NCBI GenBank assembly: GCA_013416795.1
Contig: RQSC01000025.1
Coordinates: 346,858-410,857 of the forward strand
Source: Prasinococcaceae sp. CCMP 1430
Lineage: Eukaryota > Plantae > Prasinodermophyta
DNA length: 64,000 nt
Reading direction: 5' to 3'
Part shown: piece by piece, positions 63,594 through 64,000 of the stretch
Layout: each line of letters begins with the position of its first letter
How positions within the stretch are numbered: the stretch's first letter is position 1
The notes under the pieces: generated by a model
The model's input: only the letters and a program-made list of their open reading frames with translations
Databases searched by the model: none
Told to the model about the DNA's origin: nothing
Translations under genes and position numbers: made by a program

Positions 63594-64000
63594 GCGCGCG
63601 CTCGCGCTGTGGCTGCGGCGCCGCGCCCCCCGCGGATAGAGCCGTCGCCGCGCGCTGGCGCGCGCGCGGCCACGGATAATTGGCCCCCTCGACAGTACAG
63701 CACATGTACATGTACTTCTTCCGCAGGCAGCTGGATTCGCATACATGAATCGAATTACATGGAATCCTTTCATTTAAAAATGTTCTTTAATGAATGTTGG
63801 ATTCGCATGGATTCCTCGTGATGGAGGCCGTGCTTCGGTGTGGGTTCGAGCCCATCGACGTTTCGCACTCGTGTCTGTTCTGCACGCTCCGTACGGTTTC
63901 GTGTCGGGCTTTCTTCGATCGAGTCTGAGCTGGCCTGCGGTGCTCGCGAGGGCGCGGCGGGTGTTGCGGGGTGTTGCGCCTGCAGAGCGACCTTTGCCTC

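Noticed and set aside
84-63821. Hundreds of overlapping Arg/Ala/Pro-rich ORFs in the supplied track, including long antisense frames such as 31596-33263, 33699-34883 and 41703-42875
   Set aside because: These are shadow ORFs expected from very high GC and C/G-ending codons. They overlap recognisable genes on the other strand or frame and have no domain motifs.
63836-63858. GGGTTCGAGCCC resembling a tRNA T-arm or Pol III B-box
   Set aside because: The stem does not give a 5-bp/7-nt T-arm, and no A-box, D-arm or acceptor stem could be built.
1-64000. Prokaryotic operon, defence-system or prophage interpretation of the window
   Set aside because: Spliceosomal introns and eukaryote-specific genes (eIF3c, VTA1, ATG11, NDUFAF6) throughout; no integrase, transposase or viral hallmark gene recognised.

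Overview
GC-rich, gene-dense EUKARYOTIC nuclear DNA with short GT-AG introns. Donors are mostly GTGCGC/GTGCGT/GTGAG and the intron interiors are rich in (GC)n. The mix of plant-type genes (IPUT1, PDF1A, RBL15-like rhomboid-UBA, plant-type ATG11) and cobalamin-dependent METH points to a unicellular green alga of prasinophyte grade; this is inference and no species can be proven from the sequence. I can support about 28 protein-coding genes or fragments, with exon joins checked by hand for frame. I found no rRNA, tRNA, CRISPR array or intact transposon. Most of the supplied ORF track is GC-driven shadow ORFs. The most striking feature is a 2102-aa METH with two unusual properties. It carries an in-frame, apparently nucleotide-identical 2017-bp duplication of the homocysteine- and folate-binding modules, separated by a unique 86-bp linker. 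It also has an N-terminal 42-residue uncharged proline-containing hairpin that resembles a membrane or lipid-droplet anchor. Other leads include an ATG11 lacking the C-terminal Claw domain beside VTA1 and a tail-anchored protein with ATG8-interacting-type motifs; a cyanobacterial-type DUF3804 protein; a coiled-coil protein with a fresh SAP-domain duplication; a U-box membrane protein; an ankyrin-HDAC fusion; and recurrent GTAC clusters in intergenic islands. The assembly is a draft: single Ns at 27566, 28161, 30077 and 39782, long homopolymers, and an N gap at 63471-63593. Some adjacencies and the exact duplication therefore need read-level confirmation.
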